The position numbers and the translations under genes were made by a program. From Rhodobiaceae bacterium (GTDB lineage: Bacteria; Pseudomonadota; Alphaproteobacteria; Rhizobiales; Aestuariivirgaceae), in NCBI GenBank assembly GCA_031417195.1, contig JANOVC010000026.1:23100-87099 (forward strand): a stretch of 64,000 nt of DNA, in the 5' to 3' direction. Under the pieces are notes generated by a model, which saw nothing but the letters and a program-made list of their open reading frames with translations, was not told the origin of the DNA and ran no database searches. Every line of letters starts with the position of its first letter. Position 1 is the first letter of the stretch. Positions 42,937 to 54,124 of the stretch are shown here, piece after piece.

Positions 42937-44079
42937 ATGATACGCCGAATATTTTATTTTATTCTTGTAACAGTGATTTTGGGCGGACTTGCTGGTGGAA
43001 TTGCGTTCTATGCCTTTGACTTCAAGCCAAAATTTTTGGCCGCAGTCATTCTCGGGGCACCAAAGCCTCCTGAAACTGTTTCGGCGGAGGCCGCACGTAC
43101 AGATTCATGGCAACCGCAGATCAACGCCATCGGAACACTGGCGGCACTGGATGGTATTGATGTTACTCCGCAGGTTGGGGGGGTTATCAAGGGCATCAAA
43201 TTTGACTCAGGACAGAGCGTTAAAAAAGGTGATGTCATCGTTGTTCTTGATACCGACACCGAAGTGGCTGACATGCAAAGTCTCGAAGCCCAACTGGCGA
43301 ACGCGCAATTGGATCTTGCCCGAAAAGAAACGCTGGTTAAAAAAGGTGTTTCACCACGTAACGACGTCGACAGTTTGCGCACGCAAACTCTGACGCTCTC
43401 CGCGAGCATTGACCGGCTTAAGGCCGTCATTGCTCAAAAGTCGGTTTATGCCCCCTGGGATGGCAAACTGGGTCTGAGGAATGTCTCGCTTGGTAGCTAT
43501 CTGGCTCCGGGTCAGAAGATTGTATCCCTGGATAAAACCGACCCCATTTATGCTGATTTCACGATAACCGAAGTGGACTATGGTAAAATTGCAATAGGCC
43601 AACTGGTTGCCGCGCGTTTCAATGCGTGGCCACAAGATGTTTTCAAGGGTGAAATCATGACGACAGGCGGTCGCATGTCGGATGTCAGCCGTCTTATCAC
43701 CGTGCGCGCGAAAATTGCCAACCCGGATGGCAAGCTGCTGCCGGGCATGTACGCGAATGTGATGGTGGATGATGGCAAGCCTAAACAGGTTGTCACTGTT
43801 CCTCAAACGGCAGTGACATTCTCGCTTTACGGCGACAATGTTTATGTCGTTGTTCCAGCCACCAAGGTGGATCCCAAGGCGAAGCCCGAAGAACTCGCTA
43901 TAGAGCGCCGGTTCGTGAAAGCAGGTGAAGTTAGGGACGGCAGGGTTCAGATTGTTTATGGACTGCAGCCGGGCGACCAAGTGGTGACTGGCGGACAAAA
44001 CAAGATTGACCAAGGTACAAAGGTGCTGATCAACAACTCGGTTGCACTCAAGGCCGAAGATTCAGACACCATCCAGTGA
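42937..44079 (+). CDS. RND efflux periplasmic adaptor (MFP) 2
   Basis: N-terminal TM, APWDGKLG, VRAKIANPDGKLLPGMY, VPQTAV. Confidence 0.93.
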   Translation: MIRRIFYFILVTVILGGLAGGIAFYAFDFKPKFLAAVILGAPKPPETVSAEAARTDSWQPQINAIGTLAALDGIDVTPQVGGVIKGIKFDSGQSVKKGDVIVVLDTDTEVADMQSLEAQLANAQLDLARKETLVKKGVSPRNDVDSLRTQTLTLSASIDRLKAVIAQKSVYAPWDGKLGLRNVSLGSYLAPGQKIVSLDKTDPIYADFTITEVDYGKIAIGQLVAARFNAWPQDVFKGEIMTTGGRMSDVSRLITVRAKIANPDGKLLPGMYANVMVDDGKPKQVVTVPQTAVTFSLYGDNVYVVVPATKVDPKAKPEELAIERRFVKAGEVRDGRVQIVYGLQPGDQVVTGGQNKIDQGTKVLINNSVALKAEDSDTIQ

Positions 44080-44089
44080 GGCACCATAA

Positions 44090-47000
44090 ATGCATTTTAC
44101 AGATATTTTCGTAAAGCGGCCTGTTCTCGCAACCGTTGTTAGCCTTGTCATCCTGCTTGCCGGATTGCAGGCCGTGTTCAAGCTTCCGATCCGTCAGTAT
44201 CCAGAGGTTTCGGATACGAAGATTGAAATTACCACGGTTTACCCTGGTGCCAATGCAGACCAGATCAAGGGTTTTATTACTACTCCTCTGCAACAGGCCG
44301 TCGCGTCCACAGAAGGTATAGACATCATTGAATCACGTTCTGCCCAAAACGTGTCGACCATTACACTCAAGCTTCGGCTTGATGCGGACGCAGACCGTGC
44401 GCTTGCAGATGTGCTCTCCAAGGTAAATGAGGTCAAAGACCAGCTTCCAGACGAAGCGAGTGACCCGGTTGTGAAGCGCACGACTGGCGCAGGATTTGCT
44501 CTGATGTATTTGAGCTTCAAAAGCGACAAAATGTCTGCACCTCAAATCAGCGATTATCTGGACCGTGTTGTAAAGCCAAGATTGCAGGCTATAAGCGGTG
44601 TTGCTTCAGCTGAAATCTTCGGGGGTTCGACTTTCGCTATGCGTGTCTGGCTTGATCCTGACAAAATGGCATCACTCGGTGTGACGCCGCTTGATGTGCG
44701 GCAGGCGCTTGCGGCAAACAACTTCACCACTGCGGCTGGTGAAATCAAGGCGGACTTCACACAGAAGAACATCAATGCGCAAACCTCGCTTGAGACACCG
44801 AAGGACTTCGCTAATCTAATTGTCTCAACCCGGACAGACGGAGTGGTGCGCCTCGGACAGGTTGCGACGGTTGACTTGGGTCGGCAAAGCTACAATTCAA
44901 GCTCGGCCTTCGACGGTGTGAAGGCAGTGTTCGTGGGAATCCAGACAACACCGGATGCCAATCCGCTTACAGTCATATCGCAGGTTCGAGAATCCGTTCC
45001 CGAGATTCAACGCGCCCTGCCAGCTGGGCTTGAGGCGAAAATCGCCTATGATGCAACCGAGTTCATAACGGCCTCCATTACAGAGGTTCGCAACACCTTG
45101 GGAGAAGCGGCAATCATTGTTGTTGTCGTTATCTTCCTCTTCCTCGGAAACTTCCGTTCAACAATCATACCTGTTATCACCATTCCATTGTCTCTCATCG
45201 GCGTTGCGCTTATTCTTGTCGCGTTTGGATATTCGATCAACCTGTTGACACTCCTTGCCTTGGTTCTTGCCATCGGCCTTGTTGTTGATGACGCGATTGT
45301 CGTGGTTGAAAACATACAAAGGCACATTGAAGACGGCATGACGCCTTATGATGCTGCGTTGATGGGGGCCCGTGAGATCACCGGGCCTGTTATCGCAATG
45401 ACCGTTACGCTTGCCGCTGTTTATGCACCTATCGGATTTACGTCCGGGCTTACGGGTGCGTTGTTCAGGGAGTTTGCGTTTACGCTGGCGGGGGCTGTTG
45501 TTGTATCTGGTGTTGTTGCCCTCACGCTGTCTCCCATGATGACTTCGAAACTGCTGAAATCACACGAGCAACAGAGCTGGTTTGGACGTCTTGTCGAACG
45601 TGTGTTTGGCTCTCTGCAACGTTTCTACCGCCGCAGGCTTGACGGCACGATCAAGCAGCGTTCTGTGTTTGCATGGATTGCCGTTCTGACGGTGGTCCTA
45701 TCGGGTGTGCTTTACCAATCCATCAACAAGGAGTTGGCACCGGCGGAAGATCAAGGCGTGTTGTTTGCGTTCGTGAACGCACCGGAACATACCAACCTCG
45801 ATTATCTCACAAGCTATACCGATAACTTGACGGAAACATTCCTGAAGATTCCGGAAAAGCAAAACCTGTTTGCGATCAATGGTTTTCAAAGTACCCATTC
45901 GGCTTTCATGGGGTTGATCCTCAAGCCATGGGAGCAGCGTGAGCGGTCCGATCTGTCCGTGATGGGTGAGCTGCAGCCGAAGTTCAAGGATGTGGCTGGC
46001 GTTAATATCTTTGCAACGGCCCCTGCTGCCATCCCGGTGGGGGCTGGCGATCTTCCTATTGAATTCGTGATGACATATCCCGGCGACTACACCCGTCTTG
46101 CGAGCACGCTTGACCAGTTGGAGAAAGAAGCAAACAAAAGTGGTTTGTTCATTTTCACCAATGCTGATCTCCGCTTTTCAACACCGCAGGTGGAGCTCAT
46201 CGTTGACAAGGACCGCGCCAATAAACTTGGCGTGACCATGCAGGACGTGGGCGTAACACTGGCAACATTGCTCGGCGGCAACAATGTTAACCGCTTTAGT
46301 ATTCAGGGCCGCTCCTATGAAGTTATCCCGCAGGTGCAACGCACCGAACGGGCATCGACTGAGCAAATCCTTAAATACCGCGTCAGGGCAACCGATGGAA
46401 CGATGGTGCCCATGTCATCGTTTGTGACAGTTGGGCAAACAGTGCAGCCCAATGGTCTTGCCACGTTCCAGCAGTTGAACTCAGCGACACTTCAAGGTGT
46501 ACCGTTCCCCGGTCGCACAATTGGCGAAGGCATCGCGTTCCTGCAGCAGAAGGCTGATGAAATCATGCCGCAGGGCATGTCATATGACTTCAAAGGCGAG
46601 AGCCGCCAGTTTGTGAATGAAGGCAATGCTTTGGTGACCACATTCGGCTTTGCGTTGATCCTGATCTATCTCGTTCTTGCCGCTCAGTTTGAAAGCTTCC
46701 GTGATCCCTTTGTGGTTTTGATTGGCCTTCCAGCAACGTTGTTTGGCGCATTGTTTGTATTGTTCATATTTGGTGAAGTGAATGGCGCGATGCAGAACAA
46801 TCCGCCTGTGAACCTAGGGTCTGGCACGATCAATATCTATACGCAGATCGGTTTGGTGACGCTGATTGGACTTATTGCCAAGCACGGCATTCTGATGGTG
46901 GAATTCGCCAATAAACTTCAGGAAACCCAAGGTCTGGACAAGCATACGGCCATCAAGGAAGCGGCAGCCGTACGCCTGCGTCCCATCTTGATGACCACGG

Positions 47001-47275
47001 CTGCCATGGTCATGGGTATGGTGCCGTTGCTGTTTGCCAATGGTGCCGGTGCAAAGAGCCGCTTTGATATCGGCATCGTGATTGCTGCTGGCATGACGAT
47101 TGGCACCATATTCACGTTGTTCATCACGCCAGCGATCTATTCCTTTGTGGCACGGGACCGACGCAAGGATATCGACGCTGTTGCAGAATCCGGTGAGATC
47201 ATTGCGCTGCCTGCGAAACGCAAGGCAAAACAGAAAGCATCGCCACGGTCGCCGATGAGTGAAGCTGCAGAGTGA
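44090..47275 (+). CDS. RND permease (HAE1-type, MexI/MexW-like) 2
   Basis: 1061 aa; KRPVLATV, GLVVDDAIVVVEN, GLIAKHGILMVEFAN, RLRPILMTT. Confidence 0.95.
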   Translation: MHFTDIFVKRPVLATVVSLVILLAGLQAVFKLPIRQYPEVSDTKIEITTVYPGANADQIKGFITTPLQQAVASTEGIDIIESRSAQNVSTITLKLRLDADADRALADVLSKVNEVKDQLPDEASDPVVKRTTGAGFALMYLSFKSDKMSAPQISDYLDRVVKPRLQAISGVASAEIFGGSTFAMRVWLDPDKMASLGVTPLDVRQALAANNFTTAAGEIKADFTQKNINAQTSLETPKDFANLIVSTRTDGVVRLGQVATVDLGRQSYNSSSAFDGVKAVFVGIQTTPDANPLTVISQVRESVPEIQRALPAGLEAKIAYDATEFITASITEVRNTLGEAAIIVVVVIFLFLGNFRSTIIPVITIPLSLIGVALILVAFGYSINLLTLLALVLAIGLVVDDAIVVVENIQRHIEDGMTPYDAALMGAREITGPVIAMTVTLAAVYAPIGFTSGLTGALFREFAFTLAGAVVVSGVVALTLSPMMTSKLLKSHEQQSWFGRLVERVFGSLQRFYRRRLDGTIKQRSVFAWIAVLTVVLSGVLYQSINKELAPAEDQGVLFAFVNAPEHTNLDYLTSYTDNLTETFLKIPEKQNLFAINGFQSTHSAFMGLILKPWEQRERSDLSVMGELQPKFKDVAGVNIFATAPAAIPVGAGDLPIEFVMTYPGDYTRLASTLDQLEKEANKSGLFIFTNADLRFSTPQVELIVDKDRANKLGVTMQDVGVTLATLLGGNNVNRFSIQGRSYEVIPQVQRTERASTEQILKYRVRATDGTMVPMSSFVTVGQTVQPNGLATFQQLNSATLQGVPFPGRTIGEGIAFLQQKADEIMPQGMSYDFKGESRQFVNEGNALVTTFGFALILIYLVLAAQFESFRDPFVVLIGLPATLFGALFVLFIFGEVNGAMQNNPPVNLGSGTINIYTQIGLVTLIGLIAKHGILMVEFANKLQETQGLDKHTAIKEAAAVRLRPILMTTAAMVMGMVPLLFANGAGAKSRFDIGIVIAAGMTIGTIFTLFITPAIYSFVARDRRKDIDAVAESGEIIALPAKRKAKQKASPRSPMSEAAE

Positions 47276-47277
47276 AC

Positions 47278-48489
47278 TCAGCCTAAACTGTTTAGAGCAT
47301 TGGAAAGGCGTACCAGCGCTTTTTCGAGCTCTATTTCGCTGGCCGCGAATGATAGTCTTAGGGATGTTGCCGCACCGAATGCCGTTCCGGGTACCGTTGC
47401 AACGCCGTGGGTTTCGAGCAACCAATCACAGAGTGCCTCTGGTGTATCAAGGAGATGGTTGCCAGATTTTTTGCCGAGCAGGGCGGATACATCGGGCAAG
47501 GCGTAAAACGTAGCCGGAATGGCACCGATTTTCACGCCATTGATATTCTTCAACGCGTCCACCACCATGTCGCGCCGGTTCTGGTAACGCAGGCGCATTG
47601 CTTCAACAGCATCCCTTGGACCCTCCAACGCCTCAATGGCCGCGCGTTGCACGAATTGGTTGGCACCCGTGGTGATGGTGCTTTGGATGCGGGCCATGGC
47701 TTTGGTAATGGGGTCGACTGCCGCCGCGTAACCCAACCGCCACCCAGTCATGGCAAAGCTTTTGGAAAATCCATTCACCGTGATCGTGCGTTCCCGCATG
47801 CCGGGCAGCGCACCGATGGAATTCATCTCACCTTCAAAAATGATATATTCATAGATTTCGTCGGAGAGCACCATCATATGCGAATACGTCAAAACAATTG
47901 CTGCGATTTCCTCGAGTTCGGTTTTGGACCATACCGCACCCGACGGGTTGCTTGGTGAATTCAGGATGAGAAGCTTTGTACGCGGCGTTATCGCTGCCGC
48001 AATGCGTGATGCAGGAACCTTGTACCCTTCGCTCACATTGGAATGGAGCACGACTGGTGTGCCGCTGGCATACCGCACGGTGGCTTCATAGGACACCCAA
48101 AAGGGTGCCAGCATGATGACCTCGTCACCGTCATCAATGATGGACAGTATGGCATTGGCGATCGCCTGTTTGGCACCATTGGTGAGTACGATTTCACTTT
48201 CCGCGTAATCCAGATTGTTTTCGGTTTTAAGTTTTTTGGAAATCGCCGCGCGTAATTCGGGGATGCCCATAACAGGTGAATAATGCGTGAAGCCTGCTTT
48301 CATGGCGGCAGTGGCCGCATGTTGAATATTGTCCGGCGTATCAAAATCAGGTTCGCCCACCGTGAGGCTTACAACGTCATGGCCAGCAGCACGAAGGTCG
48401 CGGGTTTTTTGTGCCATACGGATGATGGCACCTTCATCGGCGGCGTTCGCACGTGAAACGAGAAGGGATGCTGGATCAAATTTTGTCAT
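47278..48489 (-). CDS. PLP-dependent class I/II aminotransferase (aspartate aminotransferase-like)
   Basis: GEPDF, NSPSNPSG, SDEIYE, NGFSKSFAMTGWRLGY. Confidence 0.95.
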   Translation of the reverse strand: MTKFDPASLLVSRANAADEGAIIRMAQKTRDLRAAGHDVVSLTVGEPDFDTPDNIQHAATAAMKAGFTHYSPVMGIPELRAAISKKLKTENNLDYAESEIVLTNGAKQAIANAILSIIDDGDEVIMLAPFWVSYEATVRYASGTPVVLHSNVSEGYKVPASRIAAAITPRTKLLILNSPSNPSGAVWSKTELEEIAAIVLTYSHMMVLSDEIYEYIIFEGEMNSIGALPGMRERTITVNGFSKSFAMTGWRLGYAAAVDPITKAMARIQSTITTGANQFVQRAAIEALEGPRDAVEAMRLRYQNRRDMVVDALKNINGVKIGAIPATFYALPDVSALLGKKSGNHLLDTPEALCDWLLETHGVATVPGTAFGAATSLRLSFAASEIELEKALVRLSNALNSLG

Positions 48490-48547
48490 GATCCAGATAT
48501 GCCACGGCGGACTTGCCGCGTCGAGACTTCACGGGCATAAGGGCCCC

Positions 48548-48901
48548 ATGAAAAAACTGATTGTCATTACAAGTTGTTTTGTTGTTCTTGCAGGATGCAC
48601 CACACGTAACAAAATCGAAATTACTCGGGTCAAGCCTGCGCCAACCGTTCAAACCAAGTCACGCTCCGAACCCATTTTCTACAATGGCAAAAACTACCAA
48701 TTGGACTACACCTTCAATGCGGCCCAGAATGCCTTTGACATGAAAGTGTCCGGTCTCGGTCCCAAGCAGCAAAAAGATGCCACCAATATCGCCACATCAT
48801 CGCTGGCCTATTATGCCTGCCCTAACGGCCAACGTGGCAAGCTCATCGGCACGCCTGCCTATGTTGACGGCAAGTGGGACCTTCAAGCGAAGTGCGGGTA
48901 G
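48548..48901 (+). CDS. Small lipoprotein, unknown function
   Basis: MKKLIVITSCFVVLAGC lipobox; 2 further Cys. Confidence 0.8.
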   Translation: MKKLIVITSCFVVLAGCTTRNKIEITRVKPAPTVQTKSRSEPIFYNGKNYQLDYTFNAAQNAFDMKVSGLGPKQQKDATNIATSSLAYYACPNGQRGKLIGTPAYVDGKWDLQAKCG

Positions 48902-50209
48902 TCAGCCTATCCTCCGATCAATCCAATCCCGTGTCCTGAAGTATCTGCCAATCCATGGCAGGAACCAAGTGTTGCCTGTGTAAAGCGGGTGACTTGGAAA
49001 TTCGGGTTGGTCGAACGCGCAGATGCGGTTTGATTTGCCAGCAACTTTTCGCGCGGTTTGCTGGCCGAGATAGGTCATCATTGCGATGCCAGAACCATTG
49101 CAGCCAAGTGCATAATGGAGGTTTTCAAATTTGCCCATATGCGGCAGCTCATCCAAGGTGAAAGCTACGTTACCAGTCCAGGCATGGGTGATTTTGGTTC
49201 CCCTCAATTGGGGAAAACGATCCAGCATGAAACGGTGGAGTATTGGTGCGGTTTCAACCGGGTCGGTGTGGCCAAACTTGGCGCGGCCGCCAAAAATCAT
49301 GCGCTTGCCATCTGGTGACAGGCGGTAGTAGGTCAGCACGCGGCGGGTGTCGGATATGGCGCGGTTCTTTGGGCTGAGTGACTTGGCGAGATCAGGTGGT
49401 AATTCTTCCGTCGCGATGATGTAGGAGCCTACGGGCACAACGCGGCGCTTGAGTTGCTGGGTGATGTCTCCCGTGTAGCCATTGGTGGCGATGATGACAT
49501 CGCCCGCAGCTATGGTTCCGCGTGGTGTTTCCACATTCCAACCAGTGGCCATTTCAATTAACTTCGTAACCGGTGTTTTTGACGCGATTTTTACGCCGTA
49601 CTTGCGACAGAGATCGAGCAGGCCTTTGAAATACAGGGCAGGGTGAATGTGGGCGGCGCGGCCCACGACCATGCCGCCACGATAGTAATCCGAACCGATT
49701 TCCTCACGCTGGCGTTCCGGTGGCACAAGATAACAACCGGAGTCGGCTGCCGCATTAAGCAGGGAAACTTTTTTGGCCATGTCATCAAAATGGCTTTTGC
49801 ACCATGCGCCAAAGAAATAGCCGGATTTGGTCCAGCCGCAGTCAATTTTTTCGCGGGCAATGAGGTCTTCGATCAACGTGAAGGCATCGGCTGCATCGGC
49901 CAAATAGGGCGCTGCCTGGTGAGCGGGCATGGGGGCAGACATGTAACGCTTACCAACATTGGCCCCGCTCGACACCATGCCGCCGTTGCGGGTTGATCCA
50001 CCAAAGCCCGGCTCGTTGGCATCCAGCACAAGGCAATCCATGCCTTGCGCCGTGAGTTCAAGTGCAGCGGAAAGTCCTGCGTAGCCCGCTCCAATGATGG
50101 CGACTCGCGCTTCCCTGGGAAGTTCTGTTTCTGGCAGCACGGTTGGCTTGTAGGCCTCCCACCAGTATGGTTGTGCTTTGAAATCGCTATGAAAAATCCC
50201 ACTGCCCAT
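48902..50209 (-). CDS. FAD-dependent oxidoreductase (DAO family, PuuB/OrdL-like)
   Basis: IIGAGYAGLSAA, GGSTRNGG, ATNGY, LGCNGSG. Confidence 0.92.
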   Translation of the reverse strand: MGSGIFHSDFKAQPYWWEAYKPTVLPETELPREARVAIIGAGYAGLSAALELTAQGMDCLVLDANEPGFGGSTRNGGMVSSGANVGKRYMSAPMPAHQAAPYLADAADAFTLIEDLIAREKIDCGWTKSGYFFGAWCKSHFDDMAKKVSLLNAAADSGCYLVPPERQREEIGSDYYRGGMVVGRAAHIHPALYFKGLLDLCRKYGVKIASKTPVTKLIEMATGWNVETPRGTIAAGDVIIATNGYTGDITQQLKRRVVPVGSYIIATEELPPDLAKSLSPKNRAISDTRRVLTYYRLSPDGKRMIFGGRAKFGHTDPVETAPILHRFMLDRFPQLRGTKITHAWTGNVAFTLDELPHMGKFENLHYALGCNGSGIAMMTYLGQQTARKVAGKSNRICAFDQPEFPSHPLYTGNTWFLPWIGRYFRTRDWIDRRIG

Positions 50210-50358
50210 TTTCAAAACCTACCGGAAACACCATTGATTTTGCAACCCGTCTGCTCCCTGGAAATATCATAAGGCCAGTCCATTTTATCCTCTCGACGAC
50301 GCATCAGAGTTAAGATAGGACATTAAGACTGGATTTATGGTTTTGGGGGAAATAACAA

Positions 50359-50907
50359 ATGATGGCCATCTTGCGCGCATATTTTGCTTTTTTGGCGATT
50401 TTGGTGGGGCTGGCTGTAATGTCCCCTGCGGCGAACGCCACCAAGGTTTTGATCACCATCAACAAGGTTTCGCAGAAGATGACAGTTCAGGTTGACGGCT
50501 CAACCGAATATGTCTGGCTGGTTTCCACAGGAGCTGGTCAATATGACACGCCAAGCGGTTCTTTCCGCCCCTTCCGCATGGAGAAAGAGCATTTTTCCAA
50601 GGAATGGGATGATGCGCCCATGCCATACTCGATGTTCTTTACGGGTGATGGCCACGCCATTCACGGCAGCTATCATGTCAAAAGCCTTGGGCGCAAGGCT
50701 TCGCACGGCTGCGTGCGACTGGCGCCTGAAAATGCTGCCAAGCTGTTCTCGCTCGTCAGCAAGGCGGGCATGAAGAATACGCGGATCGTTTTGCGTGGTG
50801 GTTTCTTTGATGGCGGCTTTAACCGCGATGCTGATTTCTTTGACGGCATTAAAAAATCCAAGAACAAGGGCAAGCGTCGGTTTTTCCTGTTCAGCAACAA
50901 CGGTTAA
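50359..50907 (+). CDS. L,D-transpeptidase (YkuD family)
   Basis: Signal peptide; AIHG...ASHGCVRL catalytic motif; basic C-terminal tail. Confidence 0.93.
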   Translation: MMAILRAYFAFLAILVGLAVMSPAANATKVLITINKVSQKMTVQVDGSTEYVWLVSTGAGQYDTPSGSFRPFRMEKEHFSKEWDDAPMPYSMFFTGDGHAIHGSYHVKSLGRKASHGCVRLAPENAAKLFSLVSKAGMKNTRIVLRGGFFDGGFNRDADFFDGIKKSKNKGKRRFFLFSNNG

Positions 50908-50997
50908 CACCGGCGGCGACATTCGCCGATAGTCCTAAAAACTTGACAAATCATGGTACCCATGCGCTTTTCCGCGCGAGTTTGAAGGATTGAAACT

Positions 50998-52779
50998 ATG
51001 ATGCACGCCTATCGCAGTCATAAATGCGGTGACCTCAGAATTGACCACGCAGGCCAGGATGTTCGGCTTTCCGGCTGGGTGCACCGGGTGCGGGACCATG
51101 GCGGACTGTTGTTCATCGACCTGCGTGATCACTATGGCCTGACACAAATTGTCATCAATCCTGCATCACCGGCTTTCAAGGTCGCAGAAAAATTGCGTTC
51201 TGAATGGGTGGTTCGGGTTGACGGCAAAGTACAGCCGCGACTGGCCGGAACAGAGAACAAAAACCTTCCAACAGGGCTCATTGAAATCGCAGCGAGTGAA
51301 ATCATGGTTCACTCGGAAGCCAAGGAACTTCCGTTGCCGGTATTTGGCGACACGGAGTATCCTGAAGACATTCGCCTGAAGTACCGCTTCCTTGATCTTC
51401 GCCGTGACCGCATTCATGGCAACATGATGAAGCGTGGTGCGATTATTGATTCACTGCGCAGCCGCATGAAGGGGCAGGGGTTCTTTGAATTCCAGACGCC
51501 TATCCTGACGGCGTCGTCTCCGGAAGGTGCGCGGGATTATCTGGTGCCGAGCCGTGTGCATCCCGGCAAGTTCTATGCTTTGCCGCAGGCACCGCAGCAG
51601 TTCAAGCAATTGCTGATGATGTCTGGCTTTGATCGTTATTTCCAGATTGCGCCATGCTTCAGGGATGAAGATGCGCGGGCTGATCGTTCGCCCGGTGAAT
51701 TCTACCAACTCGATATCGAAATGAGTTTCGTGACGCAGGAAGACGTGTTTGATGCGGTGGAGCCGGTGCTACGCGGGGTGTTTGAGGAGTTTGGCAGCGG
51801 GTTGCCTGTCACGCAAAAATTCCCCCATATCGCCTATAAGGATTCCGTGCGCTGGTATGGCACCGACAAGCCCGACTTGCGTAACCCCATCAAGATGCAA
51901 TCGGTGACCGAACACTTCGCAGGCTCCGGCTTCAAGGTGTTTGCGGGCATGATTGCCAATGACCCGAAGGTTGAAGTGTGGGCGATACCCGCACCCAAGG
52001 GCGGATCGCGTGCGTTTTGCGACCGCATGAATTCGTGGGCGCAGTCCCAGGGTCAACCCGGCTTGGGCTATGTGTTCTGGCGCGATGGTGAAGAGGGTGC
52101 TGCTGGCCCGATTGCAAAGAATATTGGCCCCGAAAGAACCGAGGTCATCAAGACGCAGTTGGGACTTGATGTTGGTGATGCTGCCTTTTTCGTGGCTGGC
52201 GTACCATCCAAGTTCTACAAGTTTGCAGGTGAAGCCCGTACCAAGGCGGGAACCGAACTTGGTATTGTGGCCAATGACCGTTTTGACTTCTGCTGGATTG
52301 TCGATTTCCCGATGTATGAGTGGAACGAGGACGACAAGAAGATCGACTTCTCGCACAACCCCTTCTCCATGCCGCAAGGTGGATTGGAGGCGCTCAATAC
52401 GCAAGACCCGCTGACGATCAATGCCTACCAGTATGACATCGTGTGCAACGGCGTGGAGCTTTCGTCAGGCGCTATCCGTAACCACAAGCCGGACGTCATG
52501 AAAAAGGCGTTTGAGATTGCGGGCTATCCGGAAGATGTGATCATCGAGAAGTTCGGTGGCATGTACCGGGCCTTCCAATACGGCGCACCTCCCCATGGTG
52601 GCATTGCACCGGGTGTGGACCGTATTGTCATGCTCTTGTGCAACGAGCCGAATATCCGCGAAGTGGTGCTGTTCCCGATGAACCAGCAGGCGGAAGATTT
52701 GTTGATGGGGGCGCCTTCCGAGGCCACCCCCAAGCAACTGCGTGAGCTTCACATCCGGCTTAACCTGCCGGATGCGTGA
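50998..52779 (+). CDS. aspS: Aspartyl-tRNA synthetase (probably non-discriminating Asp/Asn)
   Basis: [27 protein letters not shown]-like motif, [22 protein letters not shown]. Confidence 0.98.
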   Translation: MMHAYRSHKCGDLRIDHAGQDVRLSGWVHRVRDHGGLLFIDLRDHYGLTQIVINPASPAFKVAEKLRSEWVVRVDGKVQPRLAGTENKNLPTGLIEIAASEIMVHSEAKELPLPVFGDTEYPEDIRLKYRFLDLRRDRIHGNMMKRGAIIDSLRSRMKGQGFFEFQTPILTASSPEGARDYLVPSRVHPGKFYALPQAPQQFKQLLMMSGFDRYFQIAPCFRDEDARADRSPGEFYQLDIEMSFVTQEDVFDAVEPVLRGVFEEFGSGLPVTQKFPHIAYKDSVRWYGTDKPDLRNPIKMQSVTEHFAGSGFKVFAGMIANDPKVEVWAIPAPKGGSRAFCDRMNSWAQSQGQPGLGYVFWRDGEEGAAGPIAKNIGPERTEVIKTQLGLDVGDAAFFVAGVPSKFYKFAGEARTKAGTELGIVANDRFDFCWIVDFPMYEWNEDDKKIDFSHNPFSMPQGGLEALNTQDPLTINAYQYDIVCNGVELSSGAIRNHKPDVMKKAFEIAGYPEDVIIEKFGGMYRAFQYGAPPHGGIAPGVDRIVMLLCNEPNIREVVLFPMNQQAEDLLMGAPSEATPKQLRELHIRLNLPDA

Positions 52780-53988
52780 TCAATCGTTTGCGGTTACGGA
52801 AACGCCCAGCATGGTGATGGCGGCGGCCGGGTCGGCTGGATTGAGTGTCATCAATGACTGAACGGGAACCGGCTGTGCAGGTTTCATGGAGATGGTGATC
52901 GACTTCGGGTCCTTGAGATAAGCGTTCACCGCTCCTACGACCTGATCAGTGAAGGCCTGGCTTTTCAGCTGCATCAAGCCCAATTGCATAATGGCACCGG
53001 CATTGGAAACCAAGGTTGCTTCATCCATGCCTTGCATCTTTGCAATGAGGGGAAGCACTTTCTTGGTAATCGATGCGTCTTCAAAGCGAATGACGAAGTT
53101 GCTGAGGGAAACATTCATCAACTGTGGCATGAGTGCCGCAAATTCGGGTGGCCGTCCGGCCTTTTGGGCCGCCTGCATTTCGGCCATGACTGTCATTGGA
53201 ATACCGTCTGCTGCATAGGACACCTTGAGCCCCGCCACGTCCTTGCCAACAAATCCGATGTTCGCACTCATGCCGAACTTGTCGCCTGTGACCGTCATCT
53301 CGCCATCGCCTGACGCAGAAAACGCAAGCTCGTTATAGCCCAGTGCTTTCATTTGACCTGATGGATCAATTGTCGAAAGAACCGCTTCGGGAATAACCAC
53401 ATCAGCGAGGCTCATGGTAATCTTTCCGGCACCCGTGGCAGGGTCACCGTCCCAGCTTGATTGATATCCATCGGTGGAAATTGTTTGGCCATTGCCTGTG
53501 AAGGTGATTTTGCCTGACGTTATTTTCTTGGCAATGCCCATGCCGGAGCGGAATGCCTGTGCCGGCGTTGGGTTGTCACCTGCAACTCCGATATACCAGT
53601 CTTCCGCCTTGGCTTCTGGCAAGGCAATCAATGCCACTTTTCCATCTGTGCCGGTGAACTCGATTTTTGTGTCTTTGAAGGTTGCGGCACCAACATTTAT
53701 GAGGCCATCCTTTTCAACAGCAACGGTTTTGAGCGAAACCTCACCTATCGTAACTTTTGCGCCATCCACCGCACCCTGCGTTACGGCATTGGCAACAAGA
53801 TTGGTAATTGTGACACTGCCATCCGCGCCCGTTTCAATCTTGTCATATGTGGGGGTTACCTTGAGCTGGGTTTCCCAGTTCTTGAAAATTGCGGTCACGA
53901 CAGGCGGAACGTCTTCCGCACGGGTTGGCAACGTCAATGCAGATGTGGCCAAGAGAAGAAAAAGGGCGGAGCGTAGGGTGGTTTTCAT
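52780..53988 (-). CDS. Secreted hypothetical protein
   Basis: Signal peptide MKTTLRSALFLLLATSALTLPTRA; 402-aa beta-rich ORF with host-like codon usage. Confidence 0.8.
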   Translation of the reverse strand: MKTTLRSALFLLLATSALTLPTRAEDVPPVVTAIFKNWETQLKVTPTYDKIETGADGSVTITNLVANAVTQGAVDGAKVTIGEVSLKTVAVEKDGLINVGAATFKDTKIEFTGTDGKVALIALPEAKAEDWYIGVAGDNPTPAQAFRSGMGIAKKITSGKITFTGNGQTISTDGYQSSWDGDPATGAGKITMSLADVVIPEAVLSTIDPSGQMKALGYNELAFSASGDGEMTVTGDKFGMSANIGFVGKDVAGLKVSYAADGIPMTVMAEMQAAQKAGRPPEFAALMPQLMNVSLSNFVIRFEDASITKKVLPLIAKMQGMDEATLVSNAGAIMQLGLMQLKSQAFTDQVVGAVNAYLKDPKSITISMKPAQPVPVQSLMTLNPADPAAAITMLGVSVTAND

Positions 53989-54124
53989 GTGGTTTTCCTT
54001 ATTGCAGGGTTTTAAAGAGGGTGGTTTATGTCTTAACTTATGTGAACGGCTGATGAACTCAAGCCGCTTGCTGAATCAGTGTTAAATGGCTAATTAGCAC
54101 GCCTCTCTTTTCAAGGAAATTCAC

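Noticed and set aside
54044-54058. GAAC-N7-GAAC as a second LexA box
   Set aside because: It matches only the 8-bp core, not the extended GAACA-N6-GAACA; about two such hits are expected by chance in 64 kb.
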